DNA of 63,057 nucleotides, counting the filler, from Octopus bimaculoides (Eukaryota): the NCBI RefSeq assembly GCF_001194135.2. It is 5 parts of 5 records of this genome, joined end to end, with 100 filler letters (N's around TTAATTAATTAA, not from the genome) between each part and the next. Parts side by side here need not be neighbours in the genome. Positions count along the whole stretch, not along the records: positions 1 to 22,568 come from NC_068984.1; positions 22,669 to 38,382 come from NC_068987.1; 3 more parts are not named here. One strand, 5' to 3'. Numbering within the stretch: position 1 is the stretch's first letter; every line of letters starts with the position of its first letter. A model generated the notes under the pieces. The model searched no databases. It saw only the letters and a list, made by a program, of their open reading frames with translations, and was not told the DNA's origin. Positions 10,945 through 22,705 of the stretch are shown here, piece by piece. The position numbers and the translations under genes are program-made.

Positions 10945-13900
10945 TATATATACAATGGGATTCTTTCAGTTTCTGGCTGTCTACTGCATCCACTAACAAG
11001 GCTTTGGTTGGACTGGGCTACAGTGGAAGACATTTGCCCAAGATACCATACAATGGTATTGAACCTGGAACCATGTGGATGGGAAGCAAACTTCTTACCA
11101 CTTAGCCATGCCTGCAGATATATATCTATAATCTGAAACTTCATCTAAAAGGCAAGGCCTTCTTGTCAAGGTAATAAATAATTCCGACTGTGAACAACTA
11201 CTGACTAGCATCAACTAATGGAAATTCATCAATTGCATGAACTCACTAATTTAGGAGGCCATGAAAATATTAAGGACTTGACCCTCCTACCTTTGAGTAA
11301 AATGAAAAAATATAAAGTAATCATAACATTCTTCAAGCATTCAATGTTTCATGTATATTTAAACATATGAAGAGAAATTTTCAATTTATAAATTGCTGTC
11401 TCTTGCTGCTGCTGCTTAAGGAGACCTTTGGTAAGGATATAGCAAACATTCAGAGTATGTATATATGGTATGTTGATTTAATCAGAGTAACGATAGTGAG
11501 CATTGTATCTGAAGATTTATATCTTGATGCACCTGGTTCTCTTTTTCAAAACTGGTAGATTTGACTGCCATACCAAGCAGACAAACTCCATAGAAGCTTT
11601 GTCACAAACTTGAAAGAACCATGTGTGTTTTTACTACACTGTTGCTTAGCCCCAGGTCAATCTTGATTCTTGAGAAGACCTGTGATGAAATGTATTTAAA
11701 CCACGACCAATGTGTTCTTCCTTTTCTAAGCTGATGGTATGATTAGAAGGAGATTCTACAACAGATCAAGCAACCATATATAGACTCTCTCATTAGTTTG
11801 ATGTTTTATTAAATAAAAATAGGATAGGGTGAATATCACAAAGAATATTGATATAAAGCAATCTTGATGCCAATTTCAAAACTCTGCAAGTGACAATAAA
11901 AGCAAAACTGGATAGAAAAGATAAAAGATAGTTTCTAGCTTTCGTTGACTTGAAATCAAATAGTCAACATGGGCACAAATGTGAAGAGAGAATTAACTAA
12001 CTATTCAAATAAAACTTTTACAATGTAATAGAACTGAAAAAAAATAATACTGGCATTACACAGATAGTTTTGTTAAAAAACTGAAGTGAACTAATTCAAT
12101 TTTATACCTGGATGATTTTTCCCCAGTATAAAATAAACTTTTGATCAGATCAGATAAAGATAATGTAAAAAAATCAACTAATTAATTATGGAATTCCATG
12201 ACTTTATATCTTTCAAACCCATAACCTGTTTCAGTTTTAATTTGGCATTTAATTAGCACTCTATGACTTTATAGATAGTTGAAGCTGCAGAGATTTGTGC
12301 TGTTTTGGCACAAACAGAAATTTAGTATCAGATATTTGCATGTAGTTTCTCACAAATGTTTCCAAAAGCTGGATGCCCTTTCAACAACTCAACAATATTA
12401 TGAATTCTAACTCGGAGCAGGAAGCAGTCTATTTTACTGGTACTTAATTTACTGACCACTGAAGGACAAAAGACAAGCATAACCTCAGTGAAATTTGAAA
12501 TCAAAATGTAAAGGAACACATCTAAAATACCACAAAGTATTTTGTCCAGTTCTCTACTGATTCTGCCAATCTACCACACTCTGTTTAACCATAATATTAT
12601 GGTTGAAGTTTGAAACTAAACAGAGATTTGCAGAGCTACCTGCATTCTCCAGGGGCACAATGCAATGGTTAGGTAAGGTTTGAACTTACAACCAATATTG
12701 TTAACAGTCTAGCTCCTTAGCCATTGTTGAAAATTTAAATCTGAGAGAGAGAGAAAAAATAAGGGGGTTGATAAAGAGAGAGAGAGAGAAAGAAACTAGA
12801 AAGGAAGATGATAGATAGATAGATAAATAGAGAGAGAGACAAAAAAATAAAGAATTGATAAAGTCAGAGAGAGAGAGAATTAAGCAATAATGAAAGTGAA
12901 TGTTTAGAAAGTTTCATAGTAAAATATGACTCAGTCCACTAAGTTATTAGTATAACCAAACATCTGATAGCTGTTGATACACACACACACACTTTCAATT
13001 GTTGCTGTTGTTTAATTCAAGGTCAGTCTTGATTCAATATATATGATGAGAGACTCTCTAGTCAATATCATCTTAATTTTTTTTAAGATGGCAGGATGTC
13101 ATTTGATAGAGATTTAGCCATTCCTAATAAGTCAAGCAGCCACATCAGATTTTCTATCTTCAATAATATATATGGATGGTAATAAGTGTGTATTATGCTT
13201 TAAAGATATATGAGACTTAACTTTATGAACAGTTATTATCAAAAACCCACACACCAAAACTGAATCATGACAGTGTTTACATTCTGCAAGACCCGGTTGC
13301 AGCTAAAAATAACTGTTCTTATCTGATTGCTGGAACCAAAACACAAGATAATATAGTATTTAAATGAAGGAGGGAGGTGGGTGCTATTCACAAAAATTCA
13401 CCTGAATAAGACTCAGATATTACATTATGAAATATAAGCTTTATGACTCAGAAGAAACTACACTCTGGTCTGTATTAAAAGCTGTTTTATGAAAAAGTTA
13501 TTTTAAAAGGATGATGTGCAGGTGTGACCATAGGGTAAGAAGTTTGCTTCCCAACCATATGGTTCTGGATTAAGTTCCATTGTATGGCACCTTGGGCATA
13601 CTATAGCCCTGGGTTGACCAAAGCCTTGTAAGTGGATCTGGTACATGGAAACTGAAAGAAGCCTATTGTGTACGCATGTATGTGTATGTATGAGTGTGTT
13701 CATGTTTGTGTCTCCTTGTTTTAACATTGAATGATAGTTGTAAATGGTTGTCACTGCCATACAAGCAGTGTTCATTCATTAACAACATTCGGAAAAAAAT
13801 ATTTTCTGATCTTGGAAAAATATTACCTTACTTGGAAATAGGTGAGGGTTGGTGAGAGGAAAGGCATCCAGCAATAGAAAATCTGTTTCAATAAACACCA

Positions 13901-13980
13901 TTCATTCCATGCAAACATGGAAAAACTGATAACAATGATGATAATGATCTCAAATGGAACCTGATTGAAAAATTTCCCTC

Positions 13981-15164
13981 TTTCAGCTCTTTATGTCTTG
14001 AGTTCAAATTCAGTCAAGGTTAACTTTGCCTTTCATTCTTTTGGAGTTGATAAAATAAGTACCAATTAAACATTGGGGTTGATGTAATCAGCTTGGCAGC
14101 GAGCTGGCAGAATCGTTAGCACGCTGGACGAAATGCTTAGTGGTATTTCGCCTGTCACTACATTCTGAGTTCAACTTTGCCTTTTATCCTTTTGGGGCCG
14201 ATAAATTAAGTACCAGTAAAACACTGGGATCGATGTAATCAACTAGTCCTCTCCTACCAAATTTGAGGCCTTGTGCCGCCAGTAGAAAGAATTATTATTA
14301 TTATTATTTAGGCAGCAAGCTGTCAGAATCATTAGCATGCTGGGAGAAATGCTTAGCAGTATTTTGTCCATCTTTACTTTCTGAGTTCAAATAGCACAGA
14401 GGTCAACTTTCATCCTTTCAGGGTTGATAAAATAAATAAGTATCAGTTGGACACTGGGGTAGATGAAATCAGCTTAAACACTCCCTTGAAATTGCTGGCC
14501 TTGTGCCAAAATGTAAAATTATTATTATTATTATTAAGGTGGCGAGCTGGCAGAATCATTAGCATGCTGGATGAAATGCTTAGCAGTATTTCGTCCATTG
14601 CTATGTTCTAAGTTCAAATTCTGCTGAGGTCAACTTTGCCTTTCATCCTTTCAGGGTTGATAAATTAAGTACCAGTGAAACACTGGGTTTGATGTAATCG
14701 ACTATTCACCTCCCCCAAAATTTTAGGCCTTGTACCTATAGTAGCAAGGATTATTATTATCATTATTAAGGTTGCGAAGGTGGCAGGCTGGCAGAATCAT
14801 TAACAGGCAAGATAAAAATGCTTGGCAGCATTTCCTTTTATGCTTTCAGGGTCAATGAAATAAGTATCAGTTGAGCACTGAGGTCAATGTAACTAACTCC
14901 TCCTCCAAAATTTCAGGCTTTGTTCCTATAGCAGAAAGGATTAGAGGTAGCAAGCTGGCAGAATCATTACCATGCTAGACAAAATGCTTTGTGGCATTTC
15001 TTCCAGCTTTATGTTCTGAGTTCAAATTCTGCCAAGGTTGACTTTGTCTTTCATCCTATCGAGGTCAATAAAATAGATACTAATTAAGCATTGGGGTTGA
15101 TGTAGTGAATTTGCCTTCTCCTGCCGAATTCCAGGCCTTGTGCCTGTAGCAGAAGCATTATTTT
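13981..15164 (+). repeat. Head-to-tail array of about six family-A SINE monomers (~180-230 bp) joined by (TTA)n
   Basis: GGY(G/A)GCRAGCTGGCAGAATC heads at ~14094, 14309, 14536, 14768 and 14943, each followed by GAGTTCAAAT (lost from the 14768 unit) and a shared tail. Confidence 0.85.
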
Positions 15165-15420
15165 GGTTGTAGTGGTTAGGGTGCTGCACTCATAATTGCT
15201 AGATTGTAGATTCAATTCCCAGACTGTGCACTTTGTTCCTGAGAAAAACACTTCATTTCCCATTGCTCTGCTGGTGGGAGAGTGCCAAAACTGTTGTCGT
15301 GTTGACAAAGATGCTTTATGGTATATCTTCCAGCTCTGTATATTGTGAGTTCAAATCCTACCTGGCTGGAGAAGGCAATTGGAAACCACTCCAGCATTCA
15401 TCCCAAGTCTAGTCATGGTA
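15165..15420 (+). mobile_element. Degenerate tRNA-headed SINE with BovB/RTE-like 3' tail
   Basis: Head GTTGTAGTGGTTAGGGTGCTGCAC...TTCAATTCCCAG; tail GGAGAAGGCAATTGGAAACCACTCCAGCATTC resembles the BovB/Bov-A 3' end (GGAGAAGGCAATGGCAACCCACTCCAGTATTC, recalled). Confidence 0.55.
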
Positions 15421-16215
15421 GCTGATGCTCCAATGATCTACTTGAAGGTGGCAGGGGAGGGTATTGCCCCCCCCCCACCAGGTCATATAGCGCTGGAGAA
15501 GGTTTACATGCATAAAGATTTACTAGATATATATATTACAGCCAAATATATCTTACAAGTTATAATGACATAACATAAAATTGCTAACATTCAAAACTTA
15601 GAAATCTAAAGATTGTTTTGAGAAAAATATCAAAGATAAAAAAGTTACAGTCATGTATAATTCACCAATTTTGAAGCATTTACTTATTCATTTCAGTATT
15701 TTGGGAAGGCCATGTAATTTTTATCACATTTCCCATTATCACTGGATGCATTTTTAATTCTGTCACTTTTCTCAAAGATTACTTGTGTATACTATGCACA
15801 ATTCTGGGCATACAAAACTCAAGACATTTTTTTCTGGTATTCCACTGCTTAAAAACAAAGGTGCACAACAGCAGCCCTCAACATTTTTACACTACAGATT
15901 CATTTCATACAAGACAATTTTTCCCACAGACTAGGGAATAATGTGCATAACAAAACACAGATTTGAAATCAATAATAATATATATAATACATATATATTA
16001 CATGTATAGCACACATATAATGCAAAAACATCCTGCAGACAGTGCTAGTTGATAAAATTTTAAAATTTATTCTTTCTGTGTGGTCCAGTACCAAATGACC
16101 CATGGTCCAGGTACATTATACATGAGTGCATATATGAATAAATAGGTATTATCACCACCAGATGGAACAAAAAACAAAATGTTAAGACTTTCAGACTAAA
16201 TGGCACCATACTAGA

Positions 16216-16284
<69 letters not shown>

Positions 16285-17024
16285 CAAACTTCTGCCCTTT
16301 GAGTTCAAATCCTGCCAGGGTTTACTTTGCTTTTCAGATTCAATAAAAAAGCGCCTACTTATTTTTAAATTTGACTCAAATAACTCAGCAAACTGCACTG
16401 GTGTGTGTGTGTGTGTGCATGCGTATAGAGGACATAACAATCAAGAAAACAGAAAAGGTCAATGTGTTTCTAAATCCATGTTATCAGTTTTATCACGGGG
16501 ATATGATATTCTTTTTACACAGGTGCACAAGTGTTCAAAATTATGCTTGGATGGCTATATGGGACAAAAGTTTATTCTGTAACCATTTGGGATGGACTGA
16601 TAGCACAGATCTTGGGTACATGATTTGTATCATAAACTTGGGTTGGTAAATGCCTTTTGAGTGACATTTGATTCAGAGAAACTGTACAGAAACCCATCTC
16701 ACACACACACACATATATTAAAAAAAAGGTTGGATGTTCTCAGAAAACAGTCACATTTATGTGGGGACAAATATTATTTCTCATTATAAAACTACTTTTG
16801 ACCAGCAGTTAAATTTTTGCTTAATGGCTTATTCAACCAATCTGTTTGAATAAACCATTAGGCATACATGATGTTCCATTCAAAACTAAATAAATTTGAC
16901 TCTACTTTTAGTATTGGCATTCCACTTCACCAGTAAAAGTTGATTCAGCAGAATTTGAACTCAGAACGTAAAGACAAACAAAATATCATTAAGCATCTTT
17001 CCTAGCATTCTAATGATTCTTATT

Positions 17025-17252
17025 TCTTTATTGCCCACAAGGGGCTTAACATAGAGGGGACAAACAAGGACAGACAAGGGGATTAAGTCAATTACATCGA
17101 CCCCAGAGCGTAACTGGTACTTAATTTATCGACCCCGAAAGGATGAAAGGCAAAGTCAACCTCGGCAGAGTTTGAACTCAGAACGTAACGGCAGACGAAA
17201 TACCGCTAAGCATTTCGCCCGGCGTGCTAACATTTCTGCCAGCTCACCACCT
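17025..17252 (-). mobile_element. tRNA-derived SINE, family A, near full length
   Basis: Near-identical to 838-1072. Confidence 0.88.
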
Positions 17253-18791
17253 TTAGAGGGAAGAGTATAATTGATTCCATCAATCTTAATGCTTGACTGG
17301 TACTTTATTTGATTGATCCCAGAAGTATAAAAGGCAGGCTGTAAACTAAATACTTGCTGGCATTTTTATCCGAGCAGCATGCCAATGATTCTGCCAGCAC
17401 GCCGCCTAACACGTTCCACCAAAATATCGTCAAGCCCCACTGGTAGGGCATGTGCCTCACCTAGCGAACCCTTGCTGTATACAGTAGTTAGATTTGTTAG
17501 AAATAGCAGCCAAATCTTTAAATTTTTACTCTATCATCTTAAACAAATACATTTGAGTCATATGAGGTCATTCAATTGAATATCTGCAGGACAAAGATCA
17601 GGGCTGGGCTGGCCTGGCCTGGGGCAACATAACAAAACATGAAGAATGTTCTACTGTTTAGCATTCGTCATTCTACTGTTTTCAGTATAGTCAAGTTATA
17701 ACCAACCTCACAATATTGGATACTGGATAACTTTTCAAAACACTAAACCATTTAACATCCAATCAAGGTAAAATCAATCATTTGATTATACAAGCAAATA
17801 ACATCAGTTCCAGCTTTCAATGAAAAAAAAAACAGAAAAGAAAATGAAGAAAGGAAAAAAAAGGCATGAAATGTAGCATGAAACTAAACATTCATTTGGT
17901 TTGATATGAATAAAGTGATTCTGGAATCTGTTTTCACAATGAGTAATCAGTACTTAATGTTTACCAACAACCTACATTAAAAAGAATCTGCCATTTCAAT
18001 GAATTGAATAAAGATTATTGCAGTCAGATTCCATTTATTTCTTGTGTTATTGTTAATTCTTTGATAAAATTCATCTATAAAAATAATCTTAGCAGAAAGT
18101 AAAATTTGTAAAAGTGTGCTTGAATCTGAGTAAGATTGGGTAATTGAAAACTTTTCAAAAGGATAAGTGAAATGATTGTTATGCCGACAATATATCAATA
18201 AAGAAATAGCATGAACTAGGTGTAAGATCAGTATTTAGTCCTGTTTTATTATAGAAACCATATATGTGAAACAATAATTTGAACCTCGGATAAAAATGCC
18301 AGCAAGTATTTAGTTTACAGCCAGCCTTTCATACTTCTGGGATCAATCAAATAAAGTACCAGTCAAGCATTAAGATTGATGGAATCAATTATACTCTTCC
18401 TGCTAAATATGAGGCCTTACATCTATTTTAGCATTCATCATTATAACTGACCAGCGAAATTTATATAATTAGAACCAAGAAGCAAGCAGCAAACCTATCT
18501 CTGTATCTTTTCAACCACTGGTATGTAATTCACACTAAACACTGAGAGAGCTCCTAATGTGGTTGTTTCACTTGTTTGAAATAATAGGAAATTCTCCTGC
18601 AAAGCATACCCCACTATCTTAAAAGATGAAAATAATTCAGTAGATAATGATAGCTTTAGACACTATGTCTTAAAGGTCATGGATACATTACTTTTGATTA
18701 GACATCTTTTCAATAGGGGCTGACATGGGAGCTAAAATCAACAACTGCAATTGAAACTAATTAACTCAATGCATTAATTTATTTGTCCTAC

Positions 18792-18840
<49 letters not shown>

Positions 18841-18895
18841 TGGCCAAAATAAGTTTAAAACCAACTTTGACAGTTCTATTCCTTCTCTTTTACTT

Positions 18896-19290
18896 TCTCA
18901 CTTTTACTCTTTTACTTGTTTCAGTCATTTGACTGCGGCCATGCTGGAGCACCACCTTTAGTCGAGCAAATCAACCCCAGGACTTATTCTTTGTAAGCCT
19001 AGTACTTATTCTATTGGTCTCTTATGCCAAACCGCTAAGTTACGGAGACGTAAACACACCAGCATCGGTTGTCAAGCGATTTTGGGGGGGACAAACACAC
19101 ATATATATATATACATATACATATATATGACGGGCTTCTTTCAGTTTCTGTCTACCAAATCCACTCACAAGGCTTTGGTCGACCTGAGGCTATAGTAGAA
19201 GACACTTGCCCAAGGTGCCACGCAGTGGTACTGAACCCGGAACCATGTGGTTGGTAAGCAAGCTACTTACCACACAGCCACTCCTGCTGC
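18896..19290 (-). mobile_element. tRNA-derived SINE, family B (internal microsatellite, AAAAGAGT-type tail), inserted in the Tc1 TIR
   Basis: Head GGAGTGGCTGTGTGGTAAGTAGCTTGCTTACCAACCACATGGTTCCGGGTTCAGT, CACCTTGGGCAAGTGTCTT core, tail GCTCCAGCATGGCCGCAGTCAAATGACTGAAAC. Confidence 0.92.
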
Positions 19291-19629
19291 ACCTTCATTA
19301 ATATATTTTTAACAAAACTGTAAAAAATTATTTTACTTTTTACAGTTTATATAGAATTTTTTTCTCTTTCGCATTACATATTTTTCTACAATTTGAATTA
19401 TTTTAATGCACAATTAATTCAAATGATTAAAAATTGGCAGCAAAATAAGTTTAAGACCATACCAACATTATTTTGTTTAAATTGAAAATTTACAGCACAA
19501 ATGATCAGTGAACAAAAATTCATTATTAGTAGCTAGTTCTATAGCCATTATTTTCAATTACAGCCTTACAATGGCAGGACATGAAGTTCGACAAACGAGC
19601 ACAAAAATCACTTGGAATTTTCTGCCATA

Positions 19630-19931
19630 CATTATTTACAATTGACGGATATTTGTCCTCATTTTGTTTGTTGTTAACACGTTTCGGCTGATATACCTTC
19701 CAGCCTTCATCAGGTATCTTGGGGAAATTTCAAACCTGGGTTTTCATTCCTAAGGCATTTTTCGATATTGTTGTTATTATTATTATTATTATTCAGGTCA
19801 CTGCCTGGAATCGAACTCAGAATCTTGGGGTTAGTAGCCCGCATTCTTAACCACTACGCCATATGCCTGTGTAAATAATGCCATGTAAATAATGTACATA
19901 AGTCCTCGTCTCTTAAATATAGAGTTGTATG
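19630..19931 (-). mobile_element. tRNA-headed SINE with (AAT)n spacer, hammerhead-like tail and inverted terminal piece; 10-bp TSD
   Basis: Head GGCATATGGCGTAGTGGTTAAGAATGCGGGCTACTAACCCCAAGATTCTGAGTTCGATTCCAGG; TSD TTCTGCCATA at 19620-19629 and 19932-19941; removing it restores the Tc1 peptide EEIWQKIP. Confidence 0.85.
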
Positions 19932-22222
19932 TTCTGCCATATTTCTTCAATAAAATTATATAATTGGGGCAAATTTGTTGGTTTTTTTTAGCATGAACTC
20001 TTTTAGAAACATAATTCCATAAATTTTCTACTGGATTCAAATCTGGGCTCTGTAGAGGCCACTCAATAACCACCATATTATTGTGCTCAAAATATTGCAA
20101 AACTTTCCAAGCCTTATGAACAGGGCAATTGTCCTGCTGGAAAATAGATCCCAGTGGCATCTCATTATTTAAATATGGCAGCACATTTTCATTTACTAAT
20201 CACAGATAGCCTACACTGTTCAGTCTGCCTTCAACCTTAATAATTGAACCAACTTCTAAGCTGCTGAACACAGCCCACATCATTACCCCCCCCCCCCACA
20301 CACACACACACCTCCTGCTTGCGCAGTTTTCTCGACACACTTAGGATGGAATTCTTCAGTTGGACAGCTTCTAACATAAGTTTTTCTGGCTGATCCAAAG
20401 ATACAGAAGCAGTATTCGTCACTCCAAAGAACTCTTGACCAGTCTTCAGCCGTCCATTCAACATGGCTTTTAGCAAACTTGATCAGCTTCTGCTGGTTCA
20501 TTTCAGAAATTATCGGCTTCTTTCAAGCGATCAGGCTGAACAGTCCAACTTCTTTTAGGCGGTTTCGGATAGTTTGTGATGTAAAGCTGATGTCACTTTC
20601 ATCAGATAATTGCTTGCAAATGTCCACTTCTGTTAGCACTTAATTACCTTCAGAGAGCCTATGAATTTGCCAATCCATCTGTACTGTTGTTTTTCTTGGA
20701 GCACCTGTTCTTTGTATTGACCAGTGGCTTGGTAAAGCTTCCATGCTTGAACACAAGCCATCTTGCTGCATCCTAATTGCTTGCTAATGTTCATGAAGGA
20801 CACATTTTGCTGATGAAGCAACACAATCTTTAACTGGGCTGATACTACGACACTTTCCCATAGCAAATTAATGTGTAACAATGCTCGATTATTAAACAAA
20901 ACAGTGCAGTATGGCCAACCATACGACCATCCATTTGGCTTATTAATTTGCATAATCTTGGTATGGTCTTAAACTTATTTTGCCAACAATTTCTAATCAT
21001 TTGAATTAATTGTGCATTAAAATTATTTGATTTGCAGAAAGATATCATCATCGTTTAATGTCCGTTTTCTTATTTTCCACTAGGTTGGCTACAACAATTA
21101 AATTCATATACTTATTTTGAAGAATGCAATGTATAATATTGCAAATGTTAGATTCCTATTCATGACACAAAAGCTCACAAATTTACATGAGAGCCACTGT
21201 TATTCGTAATTACTTCTCGAAAAATTGACAACACAACAACAAAGGTATTTTTAAAATTTTCCTTTCATAAATTATCTGATGATTCACTTGCAATTTCACT
21301 CTTTACCACACAAAATATGATGTAATCTGTATGTTTTGTTCCACCACCATCTAAGCTTACTTGATGTACCAAACAGCTCTTCATGCATCACATCTTTACC
21401 GAGTCTCTTACATACTAAACCTTATATCGAAAGTTACATTCAACCATTTCTCCTGAAACTGTAAGTCTCTTTTCTTATGCTCTTAGCGTTGTTGCATATT
21501 CCCAGCTCAGACCAATCCAACCATTTTGTTTTTTTTTTAGAATATTTAGAACAATATTATCTAATGTATCCTCCCTTCTTCAAAATAAAAGAAATTTAGT
21601 TTCAGAGAGATTTGACTGTGTTTCTAGCAGGTCAAGTGACCACATAAAAGCTTTCTTTGTGTTTTTCAAACAGATATTAACTTAGAAAGGTTCAAATATT
21701 GAGCACATCACTCTATGACAACTTGCAATGGTCAGCATGAATGTTGTCCATACATCTCTAAATAAACAGAATAATATAAACTGAAGACTGTAACAAAGTC
21801 TGAACCCATTAGCACGTAATTACTAATACTTTACATTAACCTTATTTTTAAAATATACATTATATAAAAAAGAAAACCATTTTTAAGTTGCTTTTTACTC
21901 CCTCTATCTCTCTCACTCATTCACTCATTTTTATGGTTTAATATATGACTAAAATAAACAGATACCAGTTTTCATGTTTACACAGCAATAACTAATGTAC
22001 ATTCAGGCGTATAAATTTCCCGCTAAACCAAAAGAAGAAATGAATAGTGTCAGTGAGTGGAAGGTAAAATCACTATATATAAGTACTTTTTAACTCAGCT
22101 CCTATGGTAATAATGGGGAAAGGACTTTCATGTTGTACATGTTGACGTTAGAAGTCGTTCTAATAACAAAGTAAATGCTAAAGAGAAGAGTGGAGGCTTG
22201 AGAATTGCTCAAAATATAAAAG

Positions 22223-22253
<31 letters not shown>

Positions 22254-22568
22254 ACATGTCTCTTAAAGGATAGAGCTCAAAATCATTGCATTGAAGATAC
22301 TTTATTGCAGCAACAATTATAATAACAGAAACAACCACAATAAGCCAAACCTATGCACATTTCAATAGGGTATATATAAGTGCCAATGGATGAAACTCTC
22401 AGCCCTTGAGTCACTCTGCAACACCCACTCATAAATATATATATATATACTGTTGCTTTTAGCCCCAGGAGGACATCTCCTCCAGCTGGCTTATCAACAC
22501 ACTACTGTACCAATGTTTTGAATTCTATTTTCCTGTTTGTATTATCAAACATAGACAGATAGGTAGAT

Positions 22569-22668
22569 NNNNNNNNNNNNNNNNNNNNNNNNNNNNNNNN
22601 NNNNNNNNNNNNTTAATTAATTAANNNNNNNNNNNNNNNNNNNNNNNNNNNNNNNNNNNNNNNNNNNN
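22569..22668. other. Assembly linker N44-TTAATTAATTAA-N44 (artefact)
   Basis: Identical 100-bp structure four times in the window; the 12-mer gives stops in all six frames. Confidence 0.95.

Positions 22669-22705
<37 letters not shown>

Larger units (their letters stand above)
18835..21035 (-). mobile_element. Decayed Tc1-family DNA transposon with long TIRs and internal direct repeats, carrying two nested SINEs
   Basis: Minus fragments IVLLHQQNVSFMNISKQLGCSK (HTH), FAKSHVEWTAEDWSRVLWSDE, FQQDNCPVH...WPLQSPDLNPVENLW (DDE) and, beyond an insertion, WQKIPSDFCARL...AVIENNGYRTSY* (~19526); ~19381-19465 is the reverse complement of ~20960-21030; one end lies at a (TA)n(CA)n tract. Confidence 0.92.

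Noticed and set aside
13981-15164. CRISPR-like regular repeat array
   Set aside because: Units are ~200-bp SINE monomers without unique spacers; eukaryotic context, no cas genes.
16091-16615. Notch LNR domain similarity (NDPWSRC...CN)
   Set aside because: Most of the required cysteines are missing.
20575-20606. Extra CUGAUGA matches (also ~20810, ~21276, ~61585) as hammerheads
   Set aside because: No GAAA closing stem II and no stem III; two lie within Tc1 coding sequence.
22613-22624. TTAATTAATTAA as a biological motif (also 38427, 44384, 61074)
   Set aside because: Always centred in exactly 44+44 Ns; a scaffolding linker.
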